This document shows positions 40,460 to 51,419 of a stretch of 64,000 nt of DNA, piece by piece (within the stretch, counting starts at the first letter, position 1; each line of letters begins with the position of its first letter). The translations under genes were made by a program, and so were the position numbers. The notes below the pieces were generated by a model. It searched no databases. It was not told the origin of the DNA and worked only from the letters and a program-made list of their open reading frames with translations. The stretch spans positions 263,823 to 327,822 of the forward strand of contig NMRA01000216.1 of the NCBI GenBank assembly GCA_002633005.1, given 5' to 3'. This DNA comes from Phoronis australis. Its lineage: Eukaryota; Animalia; Phoronida.

Positions 40460-43400
40460 ATGGATCACTGGTTGACAAGAGAACTTGAACTGAACCAAAG
40501 ACACGAAACAATGTACGTGTGAGATTGGTTTCTGAACGGATATTTATAAATCAAGGCATGGATTTACATCTTTGTCTTTGTTGACCATCCATCTGATGAA
40601 CAACTGAACTGGAATTTTGAATCCTGAGCAGAGAGCTTTTAGCCTTACGCCCTAGTGACTGAGGCGTCCCCAGCTTCTGATCGTCCTCAATACACTACAT
40701 ATAATACTATTATATGTAGTGTATTGGGGACGATCAGAAGCTGAGGACGCATGTGGTGAGAAAGAGGGAAGGGGTACTCTTTCAGGCTTTAGTAAATGGG
40801 TTAAAAATTCCAAGAATTGTGGCCTTTTAGTGCAGCCTTGTACTAGGGACTTCCAGGCATGAAAAAGTTACCCTTAAGATAATTTTTGTAGGCCTTGTAG
40901 GGTCTTCAGTTCCAATTTAGCAACACCCCGATTACTCCTTCATTACGGCGTTTTTCCGTTGCTCCCAACTTGTTGGATTCTATAGCCCAACAACAAGTTG
41001 GGAAGATCACTCCTGTAGCCAATATCTTGCATGACTGAGGCTCCATATTCTGGAGTTTATGGTTGGAGGTTCCCCCGCTACTTTGTTCAATAATTGCTCT
41101 AATCTCCGATCATATCGTATCTCAGTAGCCTGCTGTGCTGCTAAAAATGAAACTTAAGATATTACATATTTGAACACTTTTTGAATCACCGAAATCGCCC
41201 AACTACAACAGAAGTTAAGACAATCCATTCTTGCCATGTTTCAGTAACCCTTTGAAGCCTGGCCGGGAGATAATTGGCCTGCTTAATGTCATATGGCACA
41301 AAAGACTGTGCTGGCCGTGTTGTAACTGGTTACTAATAGTAAACCCAACCCTTCCAGTGAGATTCCTGTTAGATTCTCACTAAATCACCCATGTCATTGG
41401 GAATTGAACAGCTGGTGTGGTGAAAAAGAAAATAGTGAGAAAATGTTATGTAACAGTGAGAATCCAGTGAGAATTTTGGTCTTAAGAAAATTCTGAGTGT
41501 CCCAGTGAGAATTTTGGTGTCTGGGAAAATTCTGAGTGAGAATCCAGGGAAAATTTCAGACTTAGAAAATGTCTGAGTGAGAATTGAGTGAGAATTTGCA
41601 TGACAGCGTTTTCCCGTTCAGTGACTTTACAAGACGTAGGGGGTGCTGAGCATGTGATAACATCTAGGTTCTTTGTTAACTGCCAAGCACTCTTTTTGTC
41701 TGTTACGACAACAAGCAGGCCAATTTTCTACCAGGCTGTTTACAGACCATGAGTGAACACAGTCAAACTCGGAGGGAATTGGTGTATTTGGAAAGAATAG
41801 ATTGTCGTAACTTTGGTTGTAGTCAGTGGGCGATTTTGGCGATTCAAAAACTAAACATGATCACGATTTGACGAAGATTTCAGAAATGCTATTGGTTTAT
41901 GTTCAAATATGTTAGAACTTAACTTTTATTTTTGACAGCACAACCCAGTCAGGGTAGATACGATCTTATTGCAGATTAGAGCAATTATCGAGCAAAAGAA
42001 AGCTGGCCTTCCAACCACAAATGCCCGAATGGAGCTAATCAGTTGTGTAAGATATTGGCTACAGGGGTAAACTTCCCAACTTGTTGTTGGGCTATAGAAT
42101 CGAACAAGTTGGGAGCAATGGGAAAACGCCATAATGGGACTTGCAAAAGTTGGAGGGAGTGAGAATTCAGTGAGAATTTAAGATAAACAAACACACTCAT
42201 TGACTGTTTCTTTGGAAATTTCAGTTGAACCAGATTTCTGAATTCAAACTAAAATGGCACCAGGTATGAACAGTTGATATGAAGTAGAGAAATAGCTTGA
42301 ATGTTGTTGACGTTTTTCTCACAAATATTGTGAAATTACTGAACACTTTGTCTACAAGTCATCCTGGACACTTTTGCACATGATTAAATGGGGAAAAGCA
42401 CACTTTTGTACGTAATTCTTCGGAAAAGGCAAACTTTCATCTGGTCTTGAAACAGCCACAATCTGTCCCTTGTACATCTTCTGTAGGAGTAATCTCCGTG
42501 CGAGTGATATACAACTAAATAAAATCTTTTGTTTGCAGACTTGCAAAGCGAGAAGCATTTCTGAGAGGAACAGAAGCTTATTATGACAAAAAGGAAGAAA
42601 GGTCTATGTTGTTCCTAACTGACTACAAGCTGGCCAAGCAGAGGAATGAACAGATGTTGAAAGTACGGGTGAATTTTTATTCATTTGCAAAAATTCTCCA
42701 ATCATTTTGCACACATCTCTGTAGTATCTCTTACTGGTTCCTAGCTTGTGCATATGAACCCTAAAGCTTCAGAAAAGCAATATATGCTGCATTATCAAAA
42801 GCTTTCGGACTTCACTCCTTCATGTGATCAGGGCTTATCTTATGTAGAGTTGCTGAGCCTTGATTAAGCATGGTCTTATCTTACCTTGACCAGTTGTTTC
42901 AACAACGCAGGCTTACTTTATAAAAGCTTTGAATCTAAAATTTGGAGAAAATACCGGTGTACTATCTCTAAAAAGTACTACAGTAGTAAATCTGTGAACT
43001 GTTAACTGAAATCACAACAACTTCAAATGGCGTCGGAATGACCTCAACCTGCTGTGTTTCACTTGATCATAGGGATAGATAGGTTCAATAAGCTGTGCAA
43101 ACATGTCTGGATATTCAGAAAGGTTTGTGGATGACGGACTGTTGCTGTAGAAAATACCATCACGCCATGCAGCATTTTAGTATGATTAGGATTATGATTA
43201 GGATTACAAAGGGGCGGCAGACTGTATCAAATAGAGTGCTGATTCAAATAGTGGTGGGAACCAGACAGATTTTCATGGAGATCGAACGATGTGGAACAAG
43301 CAATCATCAATTATAATCAATAATCGAATTTTAAGGTAACTGCCTATTTTGTAACCAAGGCACAAAAATTGTGCTTGCGCATCTTATTTAAATACAAAGT

Positions 43401-44808
43401 AACATGCAGGAAATTCTGTTTCTTCGTCGTGTAAGCTGGAAAACCTTCTATAGAATCTCCTATCAAGAAATCTAAGCCTCAGACTCAACTGTAAAAACTA
43501 AAGACTTCTTCACATTTCACAAAATGCTGAAATCTTCAATTCTTGACAGATAACAGACCTTTGACAGGACATCCCAGATACATTTATATGTAACTAACAA
43601 AATAAAGTACAAGACTCAGCATTCATCTTCCCTCAAAAAGTTTCACGTCTTAAAATTGTCATAATCTCTGTAAAGATAACAGTTTTTTAGAAAATATGCC
43701 CACGTGTCTACAGACCACAGCATTCTTGTGCACGCGTTCTGTATGGTTTTTTGTACTCTTCTTTCATGTTTATATCACAAGCAGCAGCTTTTTTGCTGTG
43801 CACTCAGACTATAACATACGAGCCCTTGTCTCATGTTTGTATCATAAGCAGCACCTTTTTCGCTGTTCACTCAGACTCTCAGACGAGCATAATACCGAGT
43901 TCTTTGCTTATTTCAGGATTTTGAAGCATTTCAGCTGATGTACAAACAGAAATACAACCCTGAGCCTGATCAAAAATTGTTGACACTCCGAGTAAGTATA
44001 GAAAAGTTGATCATTAACTCATTCTGGTAATTGTTGGCTTTTCAAATATTTAACTTGAATTTATGAATCTAAGAGTATCAAGACATTGTCTTCGCTGTCC
44101 ACAATGCAAAAGTTCCTCTGAAGAAATTTCAGAGTTAATACCTTGATGTATGGATTTTTCTTCTTTAATAGTGTGTGAGGTAAAAAGACAGAAACATGAC
44201 ATGTGAATTGCTTGACCGTTTACTCCCCACTCACCCCCGGTCACAGACAATGCATCACCATACTCTTTGTGTAAATAAACCTAATCTAGTGTAAACAATT
44301 ACAAACACAGTATTTTCTAACAAAGATTTACTCGCTCAATTAATTCGAGCATGCCTTTATGAATGAGCTTGACTTGTTACTTGGTTTGGGTAAAGCACCT
44401 AGCCTAGACTATTCTTGCTGTAGCAAAGTCTGTAGACGCTATTCTCATGGCAAGTCATTAAGCTTATCCTCAAAAAAACAAAAACAGTTTTTATCAAGTG
44501 GTGTTTACATACATTTTAGAAATCATACTGATTAATGTAGAAATTTTAATTTGTTTTTTCATATGCAAAACGACTGAAAATTATTGAACAGGAAATGAGG
44601 AATTAACGTGTACTATACATTTAATTTATTTTAGTTCTCTTACATCAGTTTTTGGCCATGGTAATACTAAAAAACATTTTTTTAGTTCTCTTTAATCTGA
44701 TTTCAGACAAACTACTGGTCCATGGTTAAAGGCGTACTACCTGTGTGGCAAGAAGAGTTGAAGGACTACAAGAACAGACACAAGTCTCCACGTGCACACT
44801 TTAGTTGA
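40460..44808 (+). CDS. C3orf14: C3orf14/CEP15-like small coiled-coil protein, 117 aa, 4 coding exons
   Basis: Exons 40460-40512, 42539-42662, 43917-43991 and 44707-44808 are all GT-AG and in frame: MDHWLTRELELNQRHETI-LAKREAFLRGTEAYYDKKEERSMLFLTDYKLAKQRNEQMLK-DFEAFQLMYKQKYNPEPDQKLLTLR-TNYWSMVKGVLPVWQEELKDYKNRHKSPRAHFS*. The pattern E..L..RHE.I, RN...LKD.E, YW..V...P.W matches human C3orf14 from recall. Confidence 0.85.
40664..40750. repeat. Near-perfect 87-bp palindrome
   Basis: 43-bp arms around a single C (40707), with two non-Watson-Crick positions. Confidence 0.95.
40941..42136. mobile_element. Foldback-type element, ~1.2 kb, with long diverged inverted arms
   Basis: 40941-~41300 is the reverse complement of ~41710-42136 (e.g. 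GCTCCCAACTTGTT.GATTCTATAGCCCAACAACAAGTTGGGAA). The centre holds short GTGAGAAT repeats and no ORF. Confidence 0.85.
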
Positions 44809-45742
44809 AAGGTTGAGGAGGTTAGGTTGGTGGGTGCTTCACTTCTTGAACTGGGAAGGAGTCCTGTGCTGCCTGTGAGGCGACTACAAGGATAGGCATT
44901 TGTGTTCTCCATGTGCACTGTGCTATAGTGATTCTTAGTGATGATGGAGTCAAGTTGATATGAGGGATGTTGTACAGGACTGTTTATCCATCTATGAAAG
45001 AGGTTGTGTTCACAGCACTGAAAGGCTGCAAACTGGTTGGCTGGATTTCCACCAGTGATCTAGAATGTAGTATGTTCCAAAAATGTTAACGAAAATGCTT
45101 GGAGATTTGCTGTATACTCAACTATAGCAAGTCTGTCGCTAGTGGGGACTATATGCACTCTTGAAATTCACATCTGATATGGAAATATTGAAAAAGGACA
45201 TGAGTTTATTCAACGAACAGCAAAATACGGTTTGTAGGAGAGATTTGAGAAAACTCAATGCGTGGTTGTAGTGTTCATCCGTGGTTGAATGCTTGCATGA
45301 TCATATGAGACCAAAATTCAAGTTTAGCTCATGTATTCAGACTATTTGTTTCTCGTACTTGATGAACTATCAAAAACATACATGTTCATGTAAAGTCAAA
45401 GGGAAATTGTGTTCCATTTGTTGCAAACAGTCTCATTTGAGAAGGCAAGAGTGACATTATGTTAGCCTTCTAGGCCCGAAAAAGAAATTGGAGCCATTTT
45501 TAGGGTAAGTGATCCAATTAAAAGATTGGTGTTTGACTTTTAAAATTACAAAATAAACACGTTTTTCTGGCAACAAGTTCAATAAATGAATAAATAAAAT
45601 CCATGTCACTTTTTCCATTTTATTCATCTTAATGCAAAATACCCTGTTATACCGAAGAAACTCTCGACCTTCCTTCTTAAAACTCTCTAAAGAGGGCGCT
45701 TGAATAAGCTTGCTATTTTCGTGCCACACCAAATTAACCAAG

Positions 45743-46828
45743 ATGTGGAAAGTGTTCGGGTTTGGGCGAGGCGTTTGTCTCTCAAACTTATTGAATATCG
45801 AGCGTCACTCATGTTTGTCTACTAAAGCAATAGCAGCCGTGTATACACAATATGGGAATCCAACTAATGTACTGGAATTGTACGAGAAAGACCTTGAAAA
45901 GGTTGGTCATAGAGACGTGGTTGTGAAGATGTTGGCGAGTCCAATCAACCCAGCAGACATAAACATGATTCAAGGCGTCTACCCAATAAAACCAAAATTA
46001 CCGGCTGTTGGTGGCAACGAGGGTGTTGGTGAAGTTATTGAAACTGGTTCAGAGGTCACGAGTCTGAAAGCTGGTGACTGGGTCATTCCTTCTGATTCTG
46101 GTTGGGGCACTTGGAAGACGTCGGCTGTTGCTGACGAAAGAGAGCTTATAAAACTCCCCAACAACATACCCCTGCTAAGTGCTGCTACACTGGCAGTGAA
46201 CCCATGTACATCATACAGAATGATTAAAGATTTCGTGGAACTAAATCCTGGTGATGCTATAATTCAAAATGGTGCCAACAGTGGGGTTGGTCAAGCAGTT
46301 GTACAGATTGCGTCAGCTCTTGGTTTGCAGACAATAAATGTGGTAAGAGATCGACCCAACCTCAAGTCTCTTGAAGACCACCTTACTTCTCTTGGTGCAG
46401 ATTGTGTTGTTACAGAGGAGCAGCTTAGAAAACCAGAAGCAAAGGAAATCTTAAAGTCCTTTTCCAAACCAAAACTGGCATTTAATTGTGTAGGAGGGAA
46501 AAATTCTACTGAGCTGTTGCGTCACATTGCAAATAATGGTGTGATGGTGACTTATGGTGGAATGTCAAAACAGCCAGTCATTATTCCAACTGGCTCATTG
46601 ATTTTTAAGAACATTTCCATTGTTGGCTTTTGGATGACTCAATGGAATAAAGATAACGCAGATGGACTTGCAAGAACAGAAATGCTGCAAGAACTTGCAG
46701 ACATGATTCGACAGAATAAGTTAAAACCACCTTCTTCATCCACTGTTGCTTTTAAGGACGTCCATTCTGCTGTATCCAGGTCTATGGAAAACTTCACAGA
46801 CAAACAGATACTTGTAATGGATGAGTGA
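45743..46828 (+). CDS. MECR: Mitochondrial trans-2-enoyl-CoA/ACP reductase, single coding exon, 361 aa
   Basis: Motifs KMLASPINPADINMIQGVY, PAVGGNEGVGEV, ATLAVNPCTSYRM, IIQNGANSGVGQAVVQIA, MVTYGGMSKQPV and GFWMTQW. The N-terminus resembles a mitochondrial targeting peptide. First ATG at 45743; the ORF is intact. Confidence 0.97.
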   Translation: MWKVFGFGRGVCLSNLLNIERHSCLSTKAIAAVYTQYGNPTNVLELYEKDLEKVGHRDVVVKMLASPINPADINMIQGVYPIKPKLPAVGGNEGVGEVIETGSEVTSLKAGDWVIPSDSGWGTWKTSAVADERELIKLPNNIPLLSAATLAVNPCTSYRMIKDFVELNPGDAIIQNGANSGVGQAVVQIASALGLQTINVVRDRPNLKSLEDHLTSLGADCVVTEEQLRKPEAKEILKSFSKPKLAFNCVGGKNSTELLRHIANNGVMVTYGGMSKQPVIIPTGSLIFKNISIVGFWMTQWNKDNADGLARTEMLQELADMIRQNKLKPPSSSTVAFKDVHSAVSRSMENFTDKQILVMDE

Positions 46829-46970
46829 TTTGGTGGATTCAAAAAGGCACTTAATTCAGTTCTTTCCCACTAATAGCTTAGTAATTGTGATCTTCATCCC
46901 TGACTGAAACAAATTATTTTATTTCTGATTTAGAGCTACATGAGTCAGTTTTGTAGTAGCAATCTTAAGT

Positions 46971-47760
46971 ATTTATTTGTTTATTTATTTAAACTTCTTT
47001 AAAAGACTGGGTGACCACTTCAGTGGGCCCAGTTGGAAATAATTACATGAAGTAAAATAGACAGCTATGTACAATTAGATTGAAAAGATAATAAATAAAA
47101 TAAATTGGCATAAAATTAATTAATATGTACAATTTGATGAATAAATAACATAAAATAGAGTAAAATAGTGATTAGCTGAAGCCTACAGTAACAAACCACG
47201 CACAAAGTCCCAGTACTTCTGTTTAAAGACGTGGACATTGGGCGCGTTAGCACCGGCAATCCCCAGCCCATTGTAAGCGACAGCACCTCTGTAGGCAAAA
47301 GTTCTTTTGCCACAGTTGTTTCTAGGTTCAATTGGTACCAGGCAGCTAAAAACACTCGCTCTAGTATTGTAATTGGGAGAATCTCTGACTGCCATGAATT
47401 TAGTAGTAAGGTAATTAGGTGTGAGGCTATGTGTGGCTTTGTATACCATAAAGTTTAAATGAAAGGCACGCCTGCTAACCAGGCTGCACCAACCAAGTTT
47501 ATCTAGGAGTTTGGAAATAGGAAAGTCATTATAAAGGCCACTATAGTTGGGTATCGGCCTCCCAGCCTTGTTTTTTAATTTTTGAAGTCTATCCTGAAGA
47601 TATGATGCACAATTACCCCACACAACATCACAGTAATTAAAGTGTGGTACAATTAGACTCCTGTACAGAGTCCGAAGAGTAGCCTGATCAACATAACTCC
47701 CGACTCTGTACAAAAGCCCGATCCGCTGAGAAACTTTTTTGCACACATAATCTACATGTT
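46971..47760 (-). mobile_element. 5'-truncated non-LTR retrotransposon (CR1/L2-like), RT C-terminal fragment plus 3' tail
   Basis: ORF 47183-47746 has LYRSLIVPHFNYCDVVWG, RLQKL.NKAGR, LGW.SL..RR, YNTR and GKRTFAYRGA, typical of the post-RT region of CR1/L2-clade LINEs. It ends in a stem-loop followed by (AAAT)n on the minus strand near 46971-46992. Confidence 0.88.
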
Positions 47761-48968
47761 ATTCCCCTCCTTTGATATTAACTATAGAGAATCTTCTCAA
47801 TAATTTTGCTAATTCATTGGCCAAGGTTTTGTCTTCTACTCGGCCTTAAGTGTTGCGCAAACTGTGTTTACCGACTATAAATATGTAATGTTACTTAATT
47901 TGCTGATTTTTGTGTGTGCCAATGAACTCCATGTGTAATAAGTTGTCACTTTGGTAATGTGGAGTTAGTCCTTTCGGAAAAAGTTTAGTATTGTGTTAAA
48001 TGACGTTAATGTAAGTTTCCTTCTCAGGTTAACATGGGTAGGATCCAACCGCACACACAGCAACTGTCTTCAAATATTCTGTGTAACTAACAGAAACTTT
48101 GATAACAAGTGACTCAACAAACAAAAGAACATTCCAGTATTTTTGCATCCGAATAGATTGAGAACCTCGAGCACTTCATCAGCATGCCTTGGTGGGATAG
48201 CGGTCCCACATGGTTACATGAAGACAGGCATCTCAACACTTGTATTTATTTCACTAGAACCATCCAGTGAACTCTACACTAGCGCATGCTATTTTACTGA
48301 TATCTGGTCAGTTACCTACACATGTTTAATATACCAAACCCGGTCATTTTCACTCTAAAAAAGCGCGATATTGTAATATCGGTCAATGTCAAGTGACCAG
48401 ACCTGCTTTTGATTAACTGGGCTTCATTTATGCTGCACCCCTTACCTGTAAATTTGTCAATCTTGATTTGTAAGTTCTTTGTTGAATTGTATTTTGTAAG
48501 CAAACTCGTGAAATGTTGTTAATGTTCGCAACGTGTTGTTTGGCAGTTCTTAGTAAGCCTACTTGTGATGGAGCCTGTCTCGCCACCTTGTGACTGGAAT
48601 TTTGAGTTCCCCCATTTTAAAACACTGAGAGGCAACTTTCAAGTTCAAAAAGGAATAACCAGCAGCTTTAATTGACTAAATATTTAATATTTTTAAATCA
48701 TTTCACATTTTCTTGCTTCCCACACGTAGTTATTGAAGTCAAGGCGAAGTCACAAAATTTAAACGAGAACAAATTAAGTTAGCAGTGAATATTTCTGTTG
48801 ATGCAATCAATGAACCCACGGTATTGTCATTTGTACTTACAAACTCGAACTTGCCATGTTAAAAATCAGAACAAAGGGTTCCACCCAAAAACTAATAGCC
48901 AACAGAACAATGGCAATGCAGGGAGCTAGTTAATAACAAAAACTAATAACTACGAAAAGAAAACTCAA

Positions 48969-48974
48969 TTTATT
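48969..48974 (-). terminator. Candidate distal poly(A) signal of OSCP1
   Basis: AATAAA on the minus strand followed by T/GT-rich sequence, about 2.4 kb past the stop codon. Confidence 0.45.
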
Positions 48975-51419
48975 AATCCATATCTTTTGAACAACAGTTG
49001 CCATTATACAACAGAAACAAACCAACATCCTCAACATCACATTAAGTATATAACAACGCATGAAATGAATATTACTGTTGGACGGAATGCACCAAAACAT
49101 ACTTTATGTAGGTGTGTTTGCAGCAAGGAAAACGTAATACAAAAACAATACAAGGGGCGACTAGATATTCGGTAGGAGGCGCTAATTATGAAATGCCCCT
49201 CTTTCACATATGAAAAATGGAGAGCAAAAAGCATGAATTTCAACAGGTTGTACTAGCACCACCAAATGAATTTCAAGATCTCCAATCGTCTTCAAAGGGA
49301 TATTCTCGGGGAGAAAACTTAATTTTTCGGAAAATAGCATCAGCGCAGAATCAATGGTACTAACTTCACATTAGCAGCCATACACTCTGGCACCGAGCCA
49401 AATTCCATGCAATAAGTAACGGAGTGTTTGAAGTGCATTTAAATGGTATAAGCTCTGGCCTCGATTTCAACGAATGTCTGGCAGACAACAGCATGATGTG
49501 ATTTGTAATACAATCACAAAACGCTGGATTTTGTTGTTTTATGGCTGTGGTTAACTTAAAGCTAATAACTTCAAAAAGTCTATCCCATTCATAAATAATC
49601 CCAAAATTGCATTTTGACTGCAAAAACATGTCTTTTTAGTTTAAGATTTTCTTCTAGGAAACAATCTGTCTGGTAGAAGAGACCCCACTTAGAGCCAAAA
49701 ATTAAATTGTTGCTTTTTGTTTCATCTCCAAAGGAAAGCTTTTTGACAAAGCTGTCTGTAAAGCAATGACCATTGAACACAACGATAATATGTGTATCAC
49801 ATACTTTGCTTTTAAATTGATGTGCCATTTGAAAAGTAATGACATATTCTTATACCAATTCAAACATCATTTTACTAGTTAGTCAAGAATAGTAGTAGTT
49901 CCACACGTCAGTGTTATAATCTTGAGTAATACATAACAGAAATTTTTTCCCTATATTTTGGCAGCAAAATGTACCCAGCATTTAAACTACATTCTAGTTT
50001 TTCGAAAACTCTACATGCAGTAAAACTCGCATATGTAGGATCCAACCAGACCCTGAAATTTCATCAAAATAAGGCAAAATCAAGCTTATCCGAAGGATCA
50101 AGTGCACGAACCAGAACAGTCATACTGTTGAATTTTGTCAGAGTATAGCGAAATTCTGAATTGTGCACATTCGACTCGCGAATTTACTGTAGGTTGATTC
50201 TGCTGTGCCAATGTGCATTCCATATACAAGTGCAGACAAGCTAACGACATTAACGACCACCATAGTCAAAACCACAGATATTCTCCAATTGCACAGCAAA
50301 ATCACACTGAGAACATGGGCTGCAGTGTACAGTATTGCAAGACATCCTCCACCATTAACAGCTGCTGTAAAGCTCTCTTCCACAAAATAATCCCTCAAGA
50401 TTTCATCCATCTACCACTTTAAAACTAATTTCTGCCTCTACCTTACTTGGAGATTGATTTATGGACTAGGAAAGAAATGACACTTTGTTATAGCCTGTCA
50501 TCTTGTATGCATAAAATGACCCACCATGACGAGCCTACTTGTCGATCTTCGTCTTCAATATGTCTCAATCCTTCCAAAGCCCAGCAATCATCTTTAATCC
50601 GAGTATGAAAAAAGTCCAGACCAGTTTTAAATCATTGACAAGTGGTCTAAAACGAGAGTTATTTTTTTCAGAAGGCGCCTTTATCACAGCCTTAACAAGA
50701 CAGACAAATTTGTGTTGAAATATATTGTACAAAGGAATTTTGAAAACCGTACCGTACGTCTCTGATCAATCAAAGCCAAGCTTATGGGGAACAGCATGTA
50801 CAGTACCAGCTCAAAGGTGAAGTATGGTTAATAGTCGGATATAACATGCCCGCATTTTGGAAACCAGTTTTCTCCACTGAATAACGGGCATCAACTGATT
50901 CTCAAATTGTGGGCACGCTGTATCCCACATTTCCGAAGTATTTGTATAAACGAGCTGTCACCATTATAAATACGATGACCTCAGAAACTGCATCATTTTC
51001 ACCACTGCAAGAACAGTACATGCCAAAAAATGGATTAAGCTTTGCCTTCCCTTTATGACGGATAATGATAACATATTCCAACTTGCTCAGTGGAGGATTT
51101 CGCTGGGACTCCACCGCCTTGACGGGGAATTCCACATGTACTCTGTTGTCACAATCAAGAATTACGTGTCATTTTGTGCGATTTTTTCATGAAAAGCATA
51201 AAATGACCACACACCACTAACAATAAAGTACAAAAACAAATCCAACATAGAATACCGGATCCATTTTTAAAATGCCTTTGCACATGTACTAAATTCCACA
51301 GGTTTTATACTCGGCATAGTAGGAAAGACAGAAAAACAGGACAATCGCTTGGTGTGGGAATGGAGCACTTTTAGGCCCATTACATTATTCAAAATGTTTA
51401 TGCATGCAGTGGTTCCTCA

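Noticed and set aside
42224-42263. AG...ATGGCACCAG|GTATGA mini-exon in intron 1 of the CEP15-like gene
   Set aside because: Its phase is incompatible with the exon at 42539, and the 40460 exon already supplies the homologous N-terminus.
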